DNA of 64,000 nt from an uncultured virus (IMG/VR IMGVR_UViG_3300037189_006336). Its lineage: Duplodnaviria > Heunggongvirae > Uroviricota > Caudoviricetes. Both the position numbers and the translations under genes were made by a program. The notes under the pieces are model-generated. The model did no database searches. It worked only from the letters and a program-made list of their open reading frames with translations, and was not told the origin of the DNA. The DNA is taken from positions 1 through 64,000 of IMG/VR virus record IMGVR_UViG_3300037189_006336. The stretch is one strand, 5' to 3'. The first letter of the stretch is position 1, and the number at the start of each line of letters is the position of its first letter. Of this stretch, positions 59,817-64,000 are shown piece after piece.

Positions 59817-60428
59817 TTACTTCTGATTTTTGATTAAATCGTTTAACCAATGTTTGTTTGATACTGGATTACCCGTGTGTATCGCATAATAATCTCTTAT
59901 TGTCATATCTGAATAAGGAGCATCATCTACAGATGTAGAAGATATAGATATAGGAGCTTTGAAGAAAGTAACCGCGGGATTTTTAGTTTCTTGTTTACTG
60001 TTTTTCAAAACACTATCACTACTTATCGCTGCAGACGATTTAGATATAGCAACTGATGTTGGGTTAACAATTCTTAATTCTTCTAATGGAACATAATACG
60101 AACCTCTTTCATTAAGTTCATACTCATCTTCAAAATGTGGATTATAAGGAACTCTATATACAGTTCTTTCGTTTGTAATAGGTTTATAATCTCTACCAAT
60201 TACTTCAATATACAATCCTGATGGTCTTCTAAACTCACTTGGGAAGATTCCCACTACTGTTTTGTTTAGATATTTACCAGTGCTTGAATAAAAAGCCATC
60301 TTCATCTGAAAATCACCTGGAGTGATACCAAGATCTTTAATAAGATCGGCATGATACTCTCTAATAGTTTTTAACTGATGAACTTTGTAATCCGCCTCTG
60401 TAGCGAAACCTTCAAAAATACTTGACAT
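59817..60428 (-). CDS. Hypothetical protein with C-terminal MTIRDYYA motif
   Basis: 203-aa ORF between the helicase and the ATPase. Confidence 0.55.
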   Translation of the reverse strand: MSSIFEGFATEADYKVHQLKTIREYHADLIKDLGITPGDFQMKMAFYSSTGKYLNKTVVGIFPSEFRRPSGLYIEVIGRDYKPITNERTVYRVPYNPHFEDEYELNERGSYYVPLEELRIVNPTSVAISKSSAAISSDSVLKNSKQETKNPAVTFFKAPISISSTSVDDAPYSDMTIRDYYAIHTGNPVSNKHWLNDLIKNQK

Positions 60429-60453
60429 GTGTAATGTGTTAATGTGAAAAATG

Positions 60454-61467
60454 TTAAGTGGTGCGCCATTTTACAGCTTTAGCTCCTCCATTATTAGGAG
60501 CTGAGCTTACTACTGGAGGAGCGACTTCTATCATTCTACCACGATTGAACTCTGCTTTCATAAAAACAAGATTACTGTTGTTAGGACTGTTTCTTGATTT
60601 AATAATATGCATTGCGATATCATCACTTGTCATAATATAACCATTAGGACCATACACTGGTACATCAGCTATAAAAGGACGGTTCATAACACTCACCATA
60701 TCTGAACATTGCATAAGAGCGTCACCACCAAATATATCAGAACTAGTTGGATAATTAGCTATGTTACCTGGTAATTTTCTTACCGCATCATCAATACCTC
60801 TGTTAAGTTGACTTAACATGATAATAATAACTGGTAAATCTCTTTTAACATTCATCAAAGTTTCAGCCGTGTTGTAAAGAGTAGAAATCTTCTCCTTTTC
60901 TGTTATGGACTGTTTAATTAACCAACTATGATCTATAGTGACAATAAGAGGTTTACCACCCATCAGATTATAATAATGATGGATAGCCTTCTCAATATCC
61001 TTATGACCCATTGATTGACTAATTAAATAACGCATAATACCTAGCTTTTCTAAAGCTATAGTATCATGTAAATGTTGGATCATTTGTTTATGAGCAAAGT
61101 CTTCTAGTTCTCTATACGCACTAAGAACAGTGTTGTAATCTAGAGCTGTCTCTGCAGCGAAAGCTCTTGAAGCATACTGTTTAGTACCCATTTCAAACTG
61201 AAACTCTAAAATACTAAAATCCATTTTAGGATTTAACATTCTAGACTCTCTTAGAATTTGACTTACAATCATAGTTTTACCAGATCCGGGTCTAGCACCT
61301 ATAGTCCATAGGGAGCCCCACTCTAAACCATTTACTCCGGAACTATTAATTCCGTTCCATGGTGTCAAAAAAGAAACGTTTTTACCTTTCTTTCTATCTT
61401 CTACATAAATCAGACCTTCCCTAAGAATTTCCGAATACCTTTTTCCGCCAAATATTTCATTATCCAT
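60454..61467 (-). CDS. dnaB: DnaB-like replicative helicase (C-terminal RecA domain only)
   Basis: GARPGSGKT, FEM, IDH, LSQLNR, SDIFGGDALMQCSD, IIKSR. Confidence 0.88.
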   Translation of the reverse strand: MDNEIFGGKRYSEILREGLIYVEDRKKGKNVSFLTPWNGINSSGVNGLEWGSLWTIGARPGSGKTMIVSQILRESRMLNPKMDFSILEFQFEMGTKQYASRAFAAETALDYNTVLSAYRELEDFAHKQMIQHLHDTIALEKLGIMRYLISQSMGHKDIEKAIHHYYNLMGGKPLIVTIDHSWLIKQSITEKEKISTLYNTAETLMNVKRDLPVIIIMLSQLNRGIDDAVRKLPGNIANYPTSSDIFGGDALMQCSDMVSVMNRPFIADVPVYGPNGYIMTSDDIAMHIIKSRNSPNNSNLVFMKAEFNRGRMIEVAPPVVSSAPNNGGAKAVKWRTT

Positions 61468-61487
61468 ACACGGTATTAGGGGGTTTG

Positions 61488-61518
61488 CAAATATAAACTA
61501 TTCATTTTAACCAACAAA
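61488..61518 (-). promoter_or_regulatory. Bacteroidota sigma-70 promoter (-33 TTTG, 19-nt spacer, -7 TATATTTG)
   Basis: Exact consensus in the intergenic gap, 20 nt upstream of the helicase ATG. Confidence 0.8.
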
Positions 61519-61521
61519 TAA

Positions 61522-62100
61522 TTATATAGCTCTTGTTAAAATAGATGGATCATCTTTAATCATTTGACAATAATCAGCCAACTTAGATGACACTGTTTTA
61601 TGAATATCCATTTTTTTTATAAAATAGCTACTACTCATTGTAAATTGAAAGTTTACAAGTCTTTTTTGTATAATATAATATTGTGTTGCATCTAAAACAA
61701 GATCCCAATTGAACTCTTGATACGTTTTAAAAAACCATATAAATTTATCTTTAAGTTCTTGAGTATTTTGTCTAGCTAACTCTCCAGAAGGAAATTTTCC
61801 ATCTGGAAAGATCTCTCTATATTCATTTATTTTAGTAATAAAATCTTCTCCAAGTACAGATGTTGTAACAACTTTTTTAGTTTTAACTAAATAAGTTTCA
61901 AACTCATCTAACATAGTCATAGCTGTATGACTTAATACACCACTTTCATCTATATAACCTTTACTTTTTGCTATTTTGTATTCTTCGGTTACGTCTATTA
62001 TTTGCGAAGGTTTTATCTTGTATCTGCAACAATCTAAGAAGTACAGTTGGTTCGGGCTCAACTGATATCTGATCAAACTTGTCCATATCTGATGACTCAT
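61522..62100 (-). CDS. Hypothetical protein, possible replication initiator/loader
   Basis: Winged-helix-like N-terminus (AKSKGYIDESG.LS); YREIFP...LKDKFIWFF...SSYFIKK; upstream of DnaB. Confidence 0.45.
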   Translation of the reverse strand: MSHQIWTSLIRYQLSPNQLYFLDCCRYKIKPSQIIDVTEEYKIAKSKGYIDESGVLSHTAMTMLDEFETYLVKTKKVVTTSVLGEDFITKINEYREIFPDGKFPSGELARQNTQELKDKFIWFFKTYQEFNWDLVLDATQYYIIQKRLVNFQFTMSSSYFIKKMDIHKTVSSKLADYCQMIKDDPSILTRAI

Positions 62101-62539
62101 ATTTTTTTAATTTTAATCTATATATAGTGTTTATTTTATCAAATAAAAGTTTAAAATCTGGATCGGTTTCTATAAAATCATTAAAGCTTTGTAAAGCGTG
62201 TACTACAGATGTATGATCTCTATTTAAAAATACAGCTATCTCTTTAAGAGTATATTTCATAGTTCTAGCTAAGAAACAAAAAATAACTCGTAACTCTACT
62301 AGTTTTCTTATTTTAGATTTATTACTTAAAGTAACTTTTACTCGAGGAATTTTAGGAAGAAAATCTTTAAATATATCACTTAATTCTTCTAAAGATATAA
62401 CTATATTTTTATGATATACATCTAAAGTATATTTACTAAATATAACGGGATAATATCCCATTTTTTCATAAAAATCATCTTTAAATTTTTCTATAAGTTT
62501 TGTCTCAAGTTTACATTCATAATCATCTATAACGTGCAT
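61961..62539 (-). CDS. DnaA C-terminal (domain IV)-like HTH protein
   Basis: RKLVELRVIFCFLAR..KYTLKEIAVFLNRDHTSVVHA; no AAA+ domain. Confidence 0.8.
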   Translation of the reverse strand: MHVIDDYECKLETKLIEKFKDDFYEKMGYYPVIFSKYTLDVYHKNIVISLEELSDIFKDFLPKIPRVKVTLSNKSKIRKLVELRVIFCFLARTMKYTLKEIAVFLNRDHTSVVHALQSFNDFIETDPDFKLLFDKINTIYRLKLKKYESSDMDKFDQISVEPEPTVLLRLLQIQDKTFANNRRNRRIQNSKK

Positions 62540-62582
62540 AGGCTAAATATTTATTTTTTTAAATGTTTTTAACAAAAAAGAT

Positions 62583-62599
62583 GTATATTATATTGTACA
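62583..62599 (+). promoter_or_regulatory. Putative late/structural promoter motif GTATATTATATTGTACA
   Basis: 16/17 identical to 2832-2848; lies in the divergent junction 23 nt upstream of ATG 62623. Confidence 0.55.
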
Positions 62600-62622
62600 T
62601 TAAATACAAAACTTTATATACT

Positions 62623-63210
62623 ATGAGTCAATTATTCTATGCCCAAAAAGATAATCTTGGTTTTCCTATTCCAGGTACCATGATGTCAACTTCTTTAGCA
62701 TCTATTCCTAAGAATACATATGCTATAACTACTTCACCAGCTATATATCAAAGAGAATTAATTCACGAAGGTGGATTAAGATATTTTGTTCGTAAAAAAA
62801 CTAATGGTAATATTATAGCAAACAGTTTGTTTATTAATACAAAACAACCATCGGGTTTTGTTTATGAACTAAAAACTTTTAAAAATATACCTACTACTAT
62901 ACAAGGGTTTAACTATGTTGTTGGTAGCGGTCCTAGTGTTGTTGTTACACAACCTATTGCATTATATAATATAGTTTCAGGTCAAACTGTTACAATATCA
63001 CATTCTTCAACTAATTTTCAGATATCTTTAGATGGTAGTACATATACAACATCTAGTGTAACAGCTACAACAGATGGATCTAATCCTTACAATATCACTT
63101 TGTATATTAGGCTTAAGTCTGGTTTATCTGCAGCTACTTATACAGAAACTGTTACAATTAGTGTATCAGGTGTTTCAACTACATTTACAGTGAGTGGTAT
63201 AGTTTCTTAA
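62623..63210 (+). CDS. Putative virion decoration protein with C-terminal Ig-like domain
   Basis: MSQLFYAQKD start; C-terminal FQISLDG...LYIRLKSGL...YTETVTIS...VSG Ig-like pattern. Confidence 0.5.
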   Translation: MSQLFYAQKDNLGFPIPGTMMSTSLASIPKNTYAITTSPAIYQRELIHEGGLRYFVRKKTNGNIIANSLFINTKQPSGFVYELKTFKNIPTTIQGFNYVVGSGPSVVVTQPIALYNIVSGQTVTISHSSTNFQISLDGSTYTTSSVTATTDGSNPYNITLYIRLKSGLSAATYTETVTISVSGVSTTFTVSGIVS

Positions 63211-63228
63211 CTTTTAATATATTCTACG

Positions 63229-63591
63229 ATGCCCGCATCAACACATTTAGCTGATAAAGTAAAAATATGGCTTTTCCCATCTCTAATGGGAATACTTGGT
63301 ATGTTAATTTGGAATGATCTCCAAACAATTAAGACAAATCTAGCTAATGCATTGATACAAACAACTACGGATAAAGCAAATATAGAGAATCTTAATAATC
63401 GAGTAAACAGATTGGAAAATTTTGTTTATAAAACATCACCTGTTCAAGATATTATTAGTGATTCTAATAAACAAAAACAAACCTCCGTACCAACATCTAA
63501 TGATACACTACCTACTTTTCAAAAAATAGTAGCTATAAAACCCGATGAAAGGGACATAATAGCTAAAATAATTCCTAAAAAAACTTTATAA
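63229..63591 (+). CDS. Membrane-anchored coiled-coil protein (holin/spanin-like candidate)
   Basis: Single N-terminal TM helix IWLFPSLMGILGMLIW followed by a coiled coil. Confidence 0.45.
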   Translation: MPASTHLADKVKIWLFPSLMGILGMLIWNDLQTIKTNLANALIQTTTDKANIENLNNRVNRLENFVYKTSPVQDIISDSNKQKQTSVPTSNDTLPTFQKIVAIKPDERDIIAKIIPKKTL

Positions 63592-63593
63592 CT

Positions 63594-64000
63594 ATGACCA
63601 GAGGATTATTTGAGTCAATTGATTGGCTTACAAAAAAAGTTAATATTTTTTTAGCATTAGTTCCATTTCCATCTTTCGGATCTTTTGAAGATTCTACTAC
63701 ACAATCAAATGCTGGTGTTACTTCTGTAAATATAGTTACATTTAGTAGTACATCACAATCTAATGGTGTATCTATTGTATCAAGTTCAAAAATAACTTAC
63801 GCTAATTCTGGAAACTATCTTATTAATTTTCTTGGACAGTTTTTCTTTAGCGGTGGTGCATCAAACTATAACATTACTGTTTGGTTAAGAAAAAATGGAG
63901 TAGATTTATTAGACTCTTCTTATACATTTACTACTACAAGTGCTCAAGGTGCTCAAACATTAGCTAATTTAGAAGATATTATTACAGTAAAAGCTGGTGA
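63594..64000 (+). CDS. C1q/BclA-CTD-like virion protein, 3'-truncated (absent from the ORF track)
   Basis: Manual translation MTRGLFESIDW...FGSFEDSTTQ...NGVSIVSSSKITYANSGNYLINF...VWLRKNGVD...; open to the window end. Confidence 0.6.
   Translation, partial: MTRGLFESIDWLTKKVNIFLALVPFPSFGSFEDSTTQSNAGVTSVNIVTFSSTSQSNGVSIVSSSKITYANSGNYLINFLGQFFFSGGASNYNITVWLRKNGVDLLDSSYTFTTTSAQGAQTLANLEDIITVKAG

Noticed and set aside
57..59833. Short antisense or alternate-frame ORFs in the track (e.g. 57-239, 3788-3985, 30949-31248, 44984-45316, 55481-55801)
   Set aside because: They lie within longer motif-bearing genes and have shadow-ORF composition.
61460..61468. DnaA-box-like TTATCCATA
   Set aside because: Single mismatched copy explained by the helicase start codons (ATG GAT AA); no box cluster.
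62563..62622. Upstream start of the 62563 ORF as given in the track
   Set aside because: The extension overlaps the putative promoter motif; ATG 62623 is more plausible.
1..64000. Stop-codon reassignment (TAG or TGA) as in some crAss-like phages
   Set aside because: Standard-code ORFs tile the window densely, including an 11-kb ORF. TAG (48152, 57416) and TGA (57058) act as plausible stops.
1..64000. CRISPR array, tRNA or rRNA genes
   Set aside because: Intergenic gaps are short; no regularly spaced repeats or cloverleaf signatures were seen by eye.

Overview
AT-rich segment of a crAss-like (Crassvirales / phi14:2-type) Bacteroidota phage, read in the standard genetic code. 1-9.7 kb (+): tail-fibre and Cys-rich/FN3 accessory virion genes. 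9.8-18 kb (+): metallophosphoesterase, IHF-like protein, ring/tubular tail proteins and a 1540-aa tail stabilisation (muzzle-type) protein. 18-47.9 kb (+): putative ejected 'cargo' proteins. Three of these are built from modules delimited by a repeated [YMF]xxGG motif. One is a 3719-aa giant whose N-terminal part is a two-barrel virion RNA polymerase (RIP...GSDFDVDK), followed in frame by DUF4326-like, macro-like, NADAR-like, SF1 (Dda/RecD-like) helicase and zincin domains. 48-62.5 kb (-): compact replication and nucleotide module (DnaA-C-like HTH, DnaB, Sak4-like ATPase, SSB-like, primase, HNH, PD-(D/E)xK exonuclease, PolB, dNMP kinase, dCTP deaminase) with consensus Bacteroidota sigma-70 promoters. 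It includes a cyclic-phosphate receiver gene split in frame by a NUMOD4-HNH-NUMOD1 endonuclease with no visible intein or intron. From 62.6 kb (+) structural-type genes resume. No capsid, portal, terminase, tRNA or CRISPR was recognised. All calls come from motif recognition by eye; no searches were run.
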